In this document: piece after piece, positions 25,735-38,577 of the stretch | Layout: each line of letters opens with the position of its first letter | Numbering within the stretch: the stretch's first letter is position 1 | Assembly: GCA_026025075.1 (NCBI GenBank) | Contig: JAPEUI010000004.1 | Location: forward strand, 248,001 to 312,000 | Reading direction: 5' to 3' | From: Vezdaea acicularis | Taxonomy: Eukaryota | DNA: 64,000 nt | Position numbers and translations under genes: made by a program | The notes under the pieces: model-generated | What the model was told of the DNA's origin: nothing | What the model saw: only the letters and a program-made list of their open reading frames with translations | Databases searched by the model: none

Positions 25735-27113
25735 TCAAGTAAAGATGACTGAAAGACCCTTAAGAGCAACTGTACCAGTATACATCCAACGCTTGGAGGG
25801 TAGATTCTGGTCATGTTCAAAACCATGGAAAGCGACCTTCAAGTTCCCATCGCGCGCACGCACTATGTCGAGGCCGCCAGGCGCAAGCAAGCCTTGTGGA
25901 GCAAGCTTCCTGTACATCTTGCTCTCTAGCAGCGGCGCATACTGAATGGGTGATTTTGCTTTGGTATAAGGCCCATGGAGACTCTTACCCAAAGCATAAG
26001 ATGTGTCATACGAGAGTGTATTAAAGCAATTACTGCTAAAGAATAGGACATAAGTACCATCGATCTTGATAATGCTTGGCGCTTCAACGAGGGGCCCGTC
26101 ACCATCGCCACGGTCCAGAATTTGAATAGGTTTGCCAATCATCGTGGTACCATCACTTGGGTCGACCTCTTGCAGCATGATTGGTGTAGGATGAATATTG
26201 TAAGGGTCGCCATTGCCGCATGGGCCCCCAGGATGACCGGCGTTTCCGTGACCAAGAGCATTGCCATCAATCTTATAGATAACATACAACCCGTCCTCGT
26301 CAGCAAAGACGTCCGCATCAATAGCTCCTCCTTCATTCGCCGGGCAAGCCCAAGATTCATCTTCAGCTTTGAAAGGCCCAAGAGGGTTATCAGCTATGGC
26401 AACTCCTAAGCAGTGAATGTTCTCGTTCTTCTTAGTAGCTGCGGAATAATACATGACGTAGCGGGAGGCAGACTATGGAGAATGTCAGAGTGAAAAAAGT
26501 CATGAAAGGCCCTGGATGGCTTACGATCTGATAGACGTCTGGGGCCCACACTTTGGGGTTTGACTTGTGAGCCCATGCGCCTAGTTTTGGCAGCATGTCC
26601 ATGCTTTCCACCCGTTCCCAGGCTTGAAAATCCCGAGACACCGCGATTTGCACGTTTACCTTTGGAGTCCCTCCGCGCTCTATGTTATTCGTACCATAGG
26701 CATACCAAGTCTTTCCAGCATACAGAAGACCAGGATCAGCAAACTCCTCCCGGAGTGCTAGCTTCGGGCTGCCATCATTTTTGAATGCTGGGAAGCAAAA
26801 CCAGCTGTCGCAGTACTGGCCCATGGACCAAGCAAGTGCCTTGAAGAACGCTAGGTCGCGCAGTATAGTCAGCATTCGTAAGTACGTAGCTTCAAAGAGG
26901 TCTGATGGATATTTTTGTGATTGTGAACCCGAGTACGGCAAGCTCTGAGAAGTATTGGCTGTGGATAGTGTCATGAATGCTCCAACCCTGTGCTACCGTG
27001 GCAGGAGTACCAGGAAGAAGCCTATGCTTACACAGAAAGGCCAAGAAGGCAAATGCACTCATCAAAAGAATGCGGCTGATGCGACGCCGGCGGCGAGTCT
27101 GGGCAAAGTCCAT
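25735..27113 (-). CDS. Glycoside hydrolase family 43 with basic+hydrophobic N-terminal anchor
   Basis: EEFADP, VWAPDV, GGAIDAD, PLVEAPS, LAPGG motifs. First exon MDFAQTRRRRRISRILLMSAFAFLAFL joins in frame via an intron ~26851-27031. Confidence 0.85.
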
Positions 27114-28000
27114 GATTTAGGAGGGTTCGAGGAATGCTGCAATAGAAGGATTCAACTTGATCGCAGGGACTTTATCCAGGAAAACAAAGTCAAACATTAC
27201 TTCTGGAAACGCACTTCAATCGAGGCCGAATAGGTCCGTCGCGATTGCTGGAATGCTGTGATTCCGTTGGACAGTTTTCCAATGCTATTTCACCATATCC
27301 TGTAAGACGAGATGTGATCCGTACTGTCATGTAGGGGCTCTATAATGTTATCGAATGGAGCCTCGTACATATGTAGGTAATTAGGTTTTATAACGTCTTT
27401 ACGCGAGTGGATAATTACTATGTTTGATTGACAAAACATGAGCGATGTAGGCTAAGACTTGTGGGTATACAATTTGAATTATTGCCATCGATTCAAAATT
27501 AATTTATGATGTTGAAGCTTCTGGGTTCGTAAAACACGCATTCGCAAGGCACATTATCAAGCTCCTGCGAAGTACTTGAGGGACACGAGTGAGCTGGATG
27601 TTCCCCATCGGGACCCAATACGGAGCTACCCAATTCTCAGCAACAGATGTCAATTAGATAAGATCAACTGGTTAGGTCAAGCTGCAGATGCCTATAGCCT
27701 AGGTTTCATCTACTTGAGTGGCCGAACATTTCTTGATTCGCGTATGCATACTCAACGGCTGACAGATTAAGCCTCTTCAGTATGGGCAATGATTAAAGCA
27801 GCTCTATTTGCTCTGAACGAGGGAAATCTCCTCTAGCTTGCTGTCGATCATTCACAGCGTGTACAGCGGCTTTTCCCTCTCATGACGGCAGCCCGCGGTA
27901 CACAAAGGACTTCTAAAAATCGCATCGATTCCTGGGTTATGCTCAATCCTGATACCGGAAAATCTGCGCGTAAAATCTCAGGATATATTGGCGTTGCAAA

Positions 28001-31000
28001 ATGGACGAGATTGAAGTGTCAGATAGGGCCGAAGCTATTGCTAACAGCTGGTCGACAAACCAGGTAGACAAACCCGACGTTGATATTACAGATATCGGGG
28101 TTGCACCAGCAGCTAGATCTGACGCCGTTACGGGTCCCGCGGCGGGTAATGGGGATGATAATAATGACTTCCCTATGACAAGCGTCACTCTCCCCACGAG
28201 GCCTCAATTTCGAAGAGACCAGGCGCACCCGCCACCACCACAACAGCCGCCACCTCCGCCAGCCCCACCACAGCAGCAACAACCGGGCAATCCAACCGAT
28301 TCGCTGTCCCTGATGCAACTGAAAAGGATTGTTACCGATATGCCACGCCTGGAGTCAACCGCATATGCCTTTACATACAAGGATGCATCTAGTTTCCCTG
28401 AAGAGCTCGAGGAATGGTTTTCATATAGCCAGGAGGAGCAAAACGGAATAGCCATGGCAAAGTTGACATTTGAGGAGCAATGGGATGCATATTGTCGAAG
28501 CGAATATCTAGATTCGCAGGCCGCCGCAACGTGGACTGGTATATCTGAGGATAGACGTAGGGCCTTCATCGGGCGAGAGGTCCAAGGACTTGACGCACAG
28601 GATATTTACGCTCGAGCCGCTAGCCTTGGTACATTACTCTACATCGCGTCCGGTGTTTGGGGCGAGACCGCTGGCCGACCTGATGAGAAAGAAGAAAGTA
28701 GTAATAACGGCGAGGACCCGGAAAGTCGGTATGAAAGGTCCGGGCTGCAGCTAAAATGGATCAAGAAAGGCGCGAATGGCATCTATGATGCGATGGGCGC
28801 CCAAGCTGTATTCGACGTCCTTCGTGGAGCTTGTGCTAGAGAGATGTTAGTGAACAACCTATCTTGCAATTAACACTACTCGGTAGCTAAAGACAGGGTT
28901 CTAGGGAAGAGCGTTCTAACCCTATAAGCTCAACACCAGATGAGGTTGAGAAACGAAGTCTGGAGACTCGAGAGCTAAACCACTCCTTGACACTGATGTA
29001 CCTGCTTGTAGAAGCTGGTAGACAAAGTTTGGAAGCTGCGAGTTCATCGGAAATAAGAGATGAAATTGGTATGCCTCAATAGACCCCCCCTCAAGCCCTT
29101 CTAACTTGACTGAGCAACGTTACAACCGTCATTTTTACTATTTCTACTTGAAATACTAGCCAAGCTGCGATGGAATGAGGTGAATAGTCTCCCACTGACT
29201 AAAGTAAGGCTCGGATGACCCCCCTAGACTACCTTTACTTACTCAATTATTCTGTAGCTGGTCCTACTTTTCTGGAAATCCCTGCTTTTGGTGTTTGGAG
29301 ATACGCACGAACTTGAAAGGACAAAAGCGGCCGTTAGAAAGTCCCTGGAACCAGTGCCTTCTGCTAACGGGCAGACGCTTATTACTGCTTCGCCTTTGGA
29401 CTACCATGTCTTTCGGCAAGAAATCACATCAAAGTACCCCGCATACAACCCTCCACCCCCTCTCATTCCTTTGGAGCTGGAGAATAACTCCATTCTTCCC
29501 CCGTTGCCTAACCATCCGAGCAGAGTGACTACATCCATTGGCCCAAATGCGGGCGTTGGATCAGGAAATGCCAACGGTAACGGTGGGTCCATACTTTATC
29601 AACCAGTACATATAGCTACGCCCGCACCATCTCCACCTCCATCTCCTGCAGGTCCAGGCGGCAAAGGAGGGAAGAAACAAAACTATCAAACAAATCAAAA
29701 CTTCCCATTTCTCTACCCACCTTTAGATGCTTCGAGTAACAGCGCTGGAGGTAAAGGGAATGCTGGGCTACAAGAATCGCTCGTTGGTAGAAAGTGGCAG
29801 GGGAGCGATATCCCAAAGTCTATCCTTGAGGCCGGAGACTTATTCTCTCAGAGAATGCGTATGAGTAGAGCCGTTAGGCAGCTCTGGGAAGAACGAGAGA
29901 GGTTTATGCGCTTCGAACGGGGATGGGAGAACTTTGCTGAGCCGGATGAAAAAACAAATGATGAAACATATCATCACATAGCTGTTGAGACAAGAGGGGA
30001 TTCAGGAGAAGAGGAGAATAAGTCTTCAGAAAAATCATCAAACTTTCGCAACGCAGGCCAAGATTCTGCTGGTAAGATCGACAACCGGCATGAATCTGCC
30101 CATAAGATATCTGAAAATGAGCTCACTAAGAGTCTTATTGCTGTGGAGGATTTCTACGTGAGTGGCTACGTAAGGAGGAAGATGGCCTATACTAACCAGC
30201 ATAAATTCAGCGATCTGGCCTTCCTTACCTACAGTCTCTTGTGATCGTACTCTTGAAGGAAGTTCTCTCGAATGTCACCCACTTAGTCACTCAACCAAAT
30301 TCGCTTGGGTATAATGGCCTTGGGCCTGGCTTCCAAGAGAACGGTCTCTCTAACGACCAGACTAAGTCGAGGATGAAGGACAGCTCCCGCAAATCCAATG
30401 GCGTTGGTGGCAACGCTTCAGATGCCCAGGAGGATGGAGATGAAGACTTAATAGAATTAGACGCATTTCGGGCGCGAGAGATAAGGGCTAAGGCTGTATC
30501 GGCGATTTTGGTTCTGTTACTGAAATGGTTTAAGATTTCTCGTAAGTACGTCTCCCTGCTGCCAGATATCCGTGATCTCTAACAGAAGTATGACTTCAGA
30601 CGTCCTGAAATATGAGTATCTTACGCAACTCCTCATTGACTCGAACTATTTGCCGCTGGTACTTAAATTGTTTGCCCACCAAGAAATTGATAGAGTAGTA
30701 GACTCAAAGTGTGATCGAGCACATTTAAGGTATTTGACTACATGCCGGTCTCCACTTGATTACTCACACCTGTTAGCTTTTTCAACTTCTGTCAGATGCA
30801 TTCTTCTAACCCGCTGCCGTCGACGAAACGCCTCGAAGCCGAATCAAGTGAGGATGAAGCACTGCCGCCTCCCATAAAGCTAAGACGTAATAATACGCAG
30901 CAACGCTTATCTCATAGTCGTTCTAATCCGCCCAATGTTCCTCCTAGGAGGCCAGAGGTTGACGAGCTAGGCTATCCGACGACAGATCTTCCAACCTCTC

Positions 31001-31536
31001 CCATCACCACGTACTCATGGCGAAACTTCTTTACATCCATCAATTGGCTGCGAATAATGCAAAAGATAGTCCGGCGTAAGACACATCGCAATCTACTCCT
31101 AGTCCAGTACAAATCATCCACTATACTTCGTAAATTCTTGAAGGTGCCACAGTCAGATATCCGCCTTTATACCTTGAAACTTTTCAAAGGTCAAGTGCCA
31201 TACTGCGGGCGGAAGTGGCGGCAGTCGAATATGCGAGTCATTACTGCAGTATATCTACACGTCTCACCCGAGCTGCGAGATGACTGGCTGGCTGGTGGAG
31301 ACGTTGATGCAGAAGTTGAAGAGGCGCTGCCACTGGAGCAAGCTCTTCGATCGTTGACTCATTGGTGGCATTGTGTCGAGTATCCCGAGCAGATGGGCGT
31401 CGGAAATGAGGTCTTGGAGAGTGAGTTGGACTTCTTTGCTAGAGAGTTAGACAAGATGGACTGGGGCATTGACGACAATGGAGATGAACTCAGACGTGAA
31501 GAATGGGAGGGCCCGGTACAAATGGAGGCATGGTGA
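28001..31536 (+). CDS. FAR11: STRIPAK component Far11/HAM-2/PRO22 (STRIP1 homolog), multi-exon
   Basis: DSLSLMQLK, ELEEWFSY, TASPLDYHVFRQEITSKYP, GKGGKKQNYQTNQNFPFLYPP, KGQVPYCGRKWRQSNMRVITAVYL. Confidence 0.95.
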
Positions 31537-33609
31537 TAGGACATTCATCCAGCGTTTTTAAGGGGCACGAGTTGTTAGCGATTGCATGAAGATCTGGACC
31601 AAGAGTTTATGAAGGTGGTTGTTCACGTAAGAGGAACGCCACATTGATGGCCTATTGAGCGGGATATGGCAACACACAATCCCGACCCAAGGTACGAGAC
31701 ACCAACTAAAGACGCTGGCTCTTAGTGAACTTTACGACCTGGTCGACAAACATAAGAAATCCAAAGTCAGCCTTGGCGGATAGATCGACTGATTTTGTTA
31801 CCCAACTCTCGCAGGAAGCGTTGAAGATGGTTGAGCCGGGTCTAGGACTTGCATCTCGAATGATACATGATTGAGACGCCTTGATATATGGCGGGATTGC
31901 ATTGTGGACTCAAATGTGTGTTGGCGGCAATTGCAGTGCGTAAATATGCATACTTAACGAAAGAACAAGAGCCATGGTCAAGACCTCCAGGTTCATTTCA
32001 TGGGGTTATACGAATCGCGAGAGAGAAGCGTCTTACTTACAACGTGAATCCAGCGTCGAGTCAGATAAGGATAAGTCAGCAGCCTCAGATTTGTGCATAA
32101 GGCAAGGGCAGGGCCCATCGGTCCCACTCCCCATTGATCAGCTGTAGAACATTTGGGGCACCGAGAGAAAGATTTCCTTCAATCAATCTTCAGATTTTCG
32201 CATTTCAGAAGTTATCTGAAGAATGCCTTGTTAGTTCGACCAGCACAGCGAGCAAATTCGATCGGGGCTTTCACTGTGAAGTCGGCGCTTCTGTTCCCTA
32301 AGACTATGCTATATGTGCTGCCTTGCCCGGACCATTATTGCAGGCATTAGGCGCGTTTGAGTTTCAATGCGCCATGCGCTGTGCATTATTGCGATGCTGA
32401 TTCGCTGAGGGGAAATTTCGGCGGCAACGGAGGCTTCGCTTTGCGCCCATGGCCTAAGCCGAGTAGCCATTGGAACTCGTCCAACGTCAATAGCCATGCA
32501 GTTGCGCCAACCCATCTGGCGACGCACTGTCTTCTCACGCCTTTGATCTGCGTGCATGCAGCTGCAATCGATCACCTGATCTGGTTGATACATGCGATGA
32601 GATTAACAAATATGTACCATAACCTTAGAGACATGCTCTTAGGCGTCTCAGACCGTCTTGTCTTTGATTCTGGGTACCTTCTGGTCAATGTTCTACAGCC
32701 ATTTCGGTGGTCTTTCCTCTGTTCAAGGCGGACACTGCGCCACATTTCTCTTGTCATGATCTCTTAAGCGCTTTCTTCTGAGGATTAAAATTCCTCGAAC
32801 GCTACTTACCTGACCGACTTGACGGGGGAATGCGAGGCACTTAGTTCTAGCGCCCAGCATTAAAATCACTTCCGTCATTACCCCTCAGCCTTCACACGAT
32901 ACTGCCTACGGCTATATGGTCCGCTCATCCGCCGTTAGCACACAGCCGTTGGGTGGGTCATTGTGATAGGGCTGCAGGTGGCACACCAACCCCTGCTCTT
33001 CTCGAAAGTCTTCTGAGTCTCGGAGTCTTGGTCCTGTCAGGCCTTAAGGTGCCGTACAAAGTAGTGGTCCAACATGGCATCGGCCTCATTCTGTCACCGC
33101 CACTTGAGGCCATGGTCTTCGCTTCAAGTCATGAAAACGCCTCGTGTAGCGGCGCAATGCCTTCCTAAAGCAGAAGATATTGACGGAAATTCTACCGGAT
33201 TGATGGTAGCATGGCCTCACGAAGCCTTGAGTAAATCCATGAAGATTGATGCTCCCCAGATCATCTCAATTGGCCATATGCACTACTCCTACCTGAATTG
33301 AATGAATGCTGCCTGGATGCTCGTCTGGAAAACCGGCATGATTTGCAATTAAGTCCACCGGCCTCGAAATGTTGACCCTTGAGTCACTGAATATAACCTT
33401 ATATTAAGGCACAAGTTTACCCTCCTGCCTTTAGCTTCTCCACCCTAAGGTTTATTCTAGCTAGACTCCCCATAAGTCTTACGCCACATCTTGCACCATT
33501 GCAGAGAACCTGTGTCTTATATCATCGTTACCGCTCACTAGGTCCAAACTAGTTGTTCTTTATCTTTAGCACCTCAAGCATCTAATACCAGGTACTTGTC
33601 TAGTTCAAG

Positions 33610-33881
33610 ATGTGTGAAACCAAAGTTGTCTATTATAGAGGATGCCAGGACAAAGTGAGGATATCATTCACGTAAGTTACAGCAGACTTCCCAGTATGAG
33701 CAGAACGCTGATTGTAGATTTTTCCAGTGAGTGCCAGGAAGTTCAATCAGGACGCGATTGTCCTGGCCGACGAACTATACAACAAGACCTGCCAGGAAAT
33801 TGCAATCGACCGGAATGTTCTTTGTATTCGGGCCGCTACAGGAGATGGGGAGTGCCCTATTCACCAACTCAGCGGGGCTAA
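33610..33881 (+). CDS. Small Cys-rich protein (71 aa), MC-starting putative zinc-binding family
   Basis: ttcaagATG context. Intron 33672-33727 (gtaagt..gctgat..ccag) gives MCETKVVYYRGCQDKVRISFTECQEVQSGRDCPGRRTIQQDLPGNCNRPECSLYSGRYRRWGVPYSPTQRG. Confidence 0.6.
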
Positions 33882-34558
33882 TAAGTCATCTTATGCTCTT
33901 TTGTCAAAACGACATTTGCCTCCCATCTCGCCGTGTAGACTTTCTGCAACAATTGGAGGTGATCGAACTTCAATTATCCGACATCCGCTATCCTCTGGCC
34001 AAACAACGACTTCAATCTTATCTACCTATCATCTATTCAGCAAACATAAAAGTTCTCGAAAGAAAAGAAAATCCAACGCGAATATCCCTGTTGTCCTCAG
34101 ATTGCTGCTTCCAGAACTTTTTCTCCGTGTCAGGGCAGAACGCTGCATAAGCTTCTGGGCATGACACGACCAACCAATCATTTTGTGGCTCCCTATTTCG
34201 TTTCCTTAAAGACATTCCGCTTCGTAGACATATATGTTTGACAATTTCTCAGCAACCTTCTTTCTTTTATTCAATTCTTCATGTATCTTTGATGGTTGGC
34301 AACTCACCCCCTTTTTTATTCTTCTATCGTCTCTTTTGCTTATCTTTAGACTGCATCTTGTCACGTTGTTGGATCGGGCTTTTGAGATTATGATTATGTT
34401 TGAGCAGTAAACTAGATCCTGTTGCAATTAGTTAGGTCCTTATATGTTGAAATGCCTGTGCGCGGAGAAGTTTGTATGACACTTATGTTGTGTTACACAG
34501 TTTGTCTCGAAGGGGCCCTGTCAACCACAATGCACCTAAGATCATCCCTGTTCACAAT

Positions 34559-35672
34559 TCAGATTTTACTGCCGCTGCCCACCGCCCAAAATACGAGCGC
34601 TCGGATTCGACCGTTGCCCTTAATCTTTACCATCGAACCCATCGAGTCAAAGTCGGTCTCGGTGGAAGACGGCCACTCCCGCCAAATTTCCCCCTGGTGT
34701 GAAGGCAGAAGACGCGCCGCCAAGCGCAAAATCCTAAGTGCCTGTAAAGTATCTCCGATCTCAAACAAAAGCAGTTTTGCTGCGACGAAAGAAGCCGCCT
34801 TCAAGGCAGCAAGGTAGAAGATGTCTTGCTTGTCTTCACCCTCAGGAACGAGCGCGTTCTTAGGCTCATAGTTACGTACTGATCGCTGCGTTTCAGCATT
34901 GTAAGCGCGTTCCGAAATGTAGGGTGGGTTCGATATGACTACGTCAAAAGTTCTCGTTGACTTCTCGAGGATTGTATTCAGCCCCGGCACTGCCTGTGGT
35001 CTGGTTTCTGCGTTCGTCTGGAGAACGTCACCCTGCTTAAAGACAACCTGTCTCGCCGCTGCAGAGCCAAGCACTTCATTCGCTACATGATTTCGTAGGT
35101 TCCGACGAGCTAGATCAACCGCTCTTCGGCTGATGTCCACCCCCAGGAAATCTAAGTCCGGGATCTGGCCCGACACTTGCTGATGAAGATGTAAGAGAAT
35201 GCATCCTGTGCCTGTACAAAGGTCTAAGACTCTTAAACTAAGCGTTCCGTTACGTGTTGGCAACTTCTCCTTTCTCGATAGTAGAAGCTGCGCCAAATAC
35301 GTGGTGTAAGCTTCTGTCTCAGGGCTATGCACCTGTCAGCACTACGGACCGTACCGAACCAATGTATTGGGTCGGTCGGGAGACAGACCGTGGAATAAAG
35401 ACACCAGGCCTACACAATACGTTTAACTCTCCGAAAGGCTGTGTGCCGAGGAGGTACTGCAATGGTCTCCCATTTGCGCGTGCTTCGCATGCATGTTGTA
35501 ACGTTCTCCGCTTATGTGCCACCTTTGAAGAGGCTAGCGCAGAGGCGTGCTCACGGAGCCATCGAAGTTCATTCTGTGCGGCATCTAGGTCGCGCGTTGC
35601 ACGAAGAAGGAGGGGAAGGTACGCGGAGCGTCTCCGTGCGCGATGGAGGAGTCGATGAGGTATCCGAGGCAT
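34559..35672 (-). CDS. MTQ1: Mitochondrial release-factor glutamine methyltransferase (HemK/PrmC)
   Basis: MPRIP.., PLQYLLGTQPFG, RPGVFIPR|PETE, VLDLCTGTGCI, VISNPPYIS; 1 intron. Confidence 0.92.
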
Positions 35673-36069
35673 GAAAAGATCATCGGCCGAAGGTTTCTGG
35701 AGAAATTGAACCACGGGCGTGCATGTGGCGCTAGGAGCGGGAGCTAAACTAGTCTCAGGGCGCGGCCCGCAATTGGTGGATCTTGCCTCACGTCAGTCCC
35801 CAAATCCTTGTGCAGATATCTGAGATCTCGCTTCATATGCCGCTCACCACAACTATCTCCGAGCCTCTCAGCCAGAGATCGCCAGCCACAACTGTTGTTT
35901 CCGAGGATCACACACTTGCACCGCCTTCGCTTGAAACCAGGCCTCCTCGACCGTGCTCTCTCATGGCCACATCCGAGATTTTGGTCACCGACCGTGGTGT
36001 GAACTCTATGACGCTGCCGCAGGATTCGCCCAACCGGCTCTCTTTGCACAGTAGAAGGCCAACAGATGA

Positions 36070-36869
36070 ATGCAATGGACGCAGAGGATGATGCTACAGT
36101 GGTCGGGGACGGGGGAGGAGAGCTACGAGATGTATGTTGCGGAATCAAAACAAGAATAAAGCCTACCTTGAGTATACGTTTGAAACGGTATTTTCAAGTG
36201 TATAGGGCATCATCCGGTCCTTATCAGCCATGCTTCCTTTCCGTAATCTAGCCCTAGAGCAGCCTTGGCGTTTCTTTTTCCCAGGTCCATATATCTGCCC
36301 ACTACGGGGCACTCATAGCGAGCTATGAGAGAGTTCGCACGAAGTTTTCTTCATTCGAGAAATCGACAAAGTAGTAGCATTTGAAGCTAAGAACGTAAAG
36401 CTGCGTCGAGGCCCACATCCTATGAGAAGGCTGAAGGTTTAATCGTGGAAGAAGTCGTCATGCTAATCTGCGGCCATGGAAATCGCAACGAACGATGTGG
36501 GAACATGGATCTTTTGTGTACTCAGATTTCATCAGCATACTCCAAAGAAATGGGCGCACAGTCCTTGAAGACCCCAAGGCACGTCTCTACTGAGAATGAG
36601 CGGCCCAGTCGAACAGCCTAATGCGCGTGGGCCTAGTTAGTCACATTGGAACTTGTAAGTTCGCCGGATAAGCTATCATCAACCTTCCAACATCACGCAC
36701 TATAAATACTGGACCTTTACATGATTCTGGAATCGTGCTGTGGAATGGGAGAGTTGAGACAAAGTATGGTGGAGACCTTGTAGAAGAGACAATCATGAAA
36801 GGTGTAGTAGCTGCGAGTTTCTTCAAGGACAGAGTAAAGCAAGCCGGGCTCAAGCTGGAGCTACACTAG
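36070..36869 (+). pseudogene. Degenerate Aim32/Apd1 (sucrase/ferredoxin-like) gene; remnants may extend to ~35810
   Basis: HPVLISHASFP*, AFLFPRSIYLP..*..MREFARSFLH, LICGHGNRNERCG (CX8C at 36469-36498), RVGLVSHIGTCKFAG*, LWNGRVETKY..VEETIMKG. Stops at 36591, 36597 and 36669 and a frameshift at ~36515. Confidence 0.8.
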
Positions 36870-37045
36870 ATACTATAGCCTTGAAGCATCAAGCTACAAC
36901 CAAGCAAAAATATCATATCCTTCTGCCATTAAAAGTAGGCAAATCCAACGATTCGCTGCCAACCGAGATTTCGCGAGGCTTCGCGCAGGCAACGATATCA
37001 AGTCTTCCTTGCAACATCGGAATAGCATCTCTACATCTATAACCC

Positions 37046-38299
37046 ATGAATCAACCCAGGATATATGTTAGATCAGCTCTACGGAGCTTGAACTCAAATT
37101 GCAGACGTACGCAGCTTCGCCCATGGGTACCACTCTCGCGCAATTGTCGGTTCTACCAGCAGCCGACATATTTCCCACCGCCCAAACCAGGCAGACCATG
37201 GCTCAGATATACGGCCATCGCTACAATATTTTACACTTTGGGTAGCTACCTACCAGTCTCCGACTTAGTGGCTTTAGCGACCGGTCTCGACGATGATGTC
37301 GAGATCATGGAGGATGGCGGTGTCGTCAACGTCTTCACGAGCTTCACCCTCAAGGAAAAGCAACAGATCTCGCCCACCAACGCCATCTTCACCTTCGAGG
37401 CCTCGTCCTTTCCAACACACAGTTTCGACACCTACGAGAGGCTGTGGCAGTCGGCCATATGGTCGATCCAGTTCAAGCAGCCGCAGCTGCAGATCGGGCG
37501 CTGTTACACCCCGCTTCCACCTTCGCCGGTGTCAACGCGTCAGAGCCCCGAGAGTAAGTTGCTGAGGTTTCTAATAAGGAAGGAAGAGGGCGGCGAGGTC
37601 TCGAGCTATATTCATTCGCTGCCGCTGGGGGCGGAGGTTGAGCTGAGAGGACCGAATGTCGAGACAATGTTCGGGTCCAGCACGCCGCCGGAGGACGTTG
37701 TCATTTTGGCCGGTGGGACCGGCGTCGCAACTGCGTTGCAGGCCATTCATGCTATTTTCAATGGTGACGGCGATCCACGAAGATGCAGAGTGACCCTGCT
37801 ATGGGCATGCAAGCGGAGGGAGGACTGTCGAGGGGCAGTCCTAGAAGGGGCGTCTCGAAGCACACCAGGATTGAGCCCAATTGTGAGGGAGCTAGAGGGT
37901 CTGAAGGAGGCGTACCGCGGGCATCTGGAAGTGAAATATTTCTGCGATGAGGACAGGGTCTTCATCAACAGCAACACCGTCAAAGAAATCCTGCAACGGC
38001 CGGATATGGAACGTGAGGAACGACCCTCATCGCTCCTGCTACCGGACAGCGAACCAAACGAAGTGGGCGTCACCACCTTCGGTTTCCCCAATCTAAGTCA
38101 TGGAGATATACCGCTCTCGATACTGCATACGCCGGTGATCTTCGATCGGAAGAAGCTCATCCTTGTTTCTGGGCCGGAAGGATTCATTTCACATTTTGCG
38201 GGTGCGAAGAACTACCTGGAGGGAAAGGAGGTGCAGGGTGGGCTTGGAGGCGTACTGAAGGGCACAGAACTCAGGGATTGGATGGTCTGGAAGTACTGA
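37046..38299 (+). CDS. CYC2: Cyc2-like mitochondrial FAD/NAD(P)H oxidoreductase (cytochrome b5 reductase fold)
   Basis: Arg-rich presequence and TM segment; WSIQFKQPQLQIGRCYTPLP, GEVSSYIH, LAGGTG, LVSGPEGFI..AG..QGGLGGVL. Confidence 0.82.
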   Translation: MNQPRIYVRSALRSLNSNCRRTQLRPWVPLSRNCRFYQQPTYFPPPKPGRPWLRYTAIATIFYTLGSYLPVSDLVALATGLDDDVEIMEDGGVVNVFTSFTLKEKQQISPTNAIFTFEASSFPTHSFDTYERLWQSAIWSIQFKQPQLQIGRCYTPLPPSPVSTRQSPESKLLRFLIRKEEGGEVSSYIHSLPLGAEVELRGPNVETMFGSSTPPEDVVILAGGTGVATALQAIHAIFNGDGDPRRCRVTLLWACKRREDCRGAVLEGASRSTPGLSPIVRELEGLKEAYRGHLEVKYFCDEDRVFINSNTVKEILQRPDMEREERPSSLLLPDSEPNEVGVTTFGFPNLSHGDIPLSILHTPVIFDRKKLILVSGPEGFISHFAGAKNYLEGKEVQGGLGGVLKGTELRDWMVWKY

Positions 38300-38577
38300 T
38301 GTCTAATTTTCAGACTTAGGTGTACCACTTGATATTAGAGTAAGCCTCTTCAATCACACAAGGCCTTCTCAGTAGCCAGGGCAAGTGCAATGACTGTAAT
38401 GTTGGGTGAATGTTGTAATGAAATTGCCACCGCCGAGGCTGCTCGTCCTTCACTGCTGACCGAAGATGTCTATTTAAGACTGTAATCCTTCATCAACAGC
38501 ATTCAATAATCGTCAAGGCTCCACAAGCCGAAGTTCTATCAACAAGTCCACACAGAGCACGCCCACTAACCTTCACA

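Noticed and set aside
31600..33400. ORFs in the 2-kb gap after FAR11
   Set aside because: Hand translation of several frames gave no recognisable family; a decayed gene or lncRNA cannot be excluded without searches.
36591..36671. Rescue of the AIM32 remnant by A-to-I stop editing or readthrough
   Set aside because: Multiple stops plus a frameshift and an altered His ligand motif; the TAA at 36669 replaces an expected Asn, not Trp.
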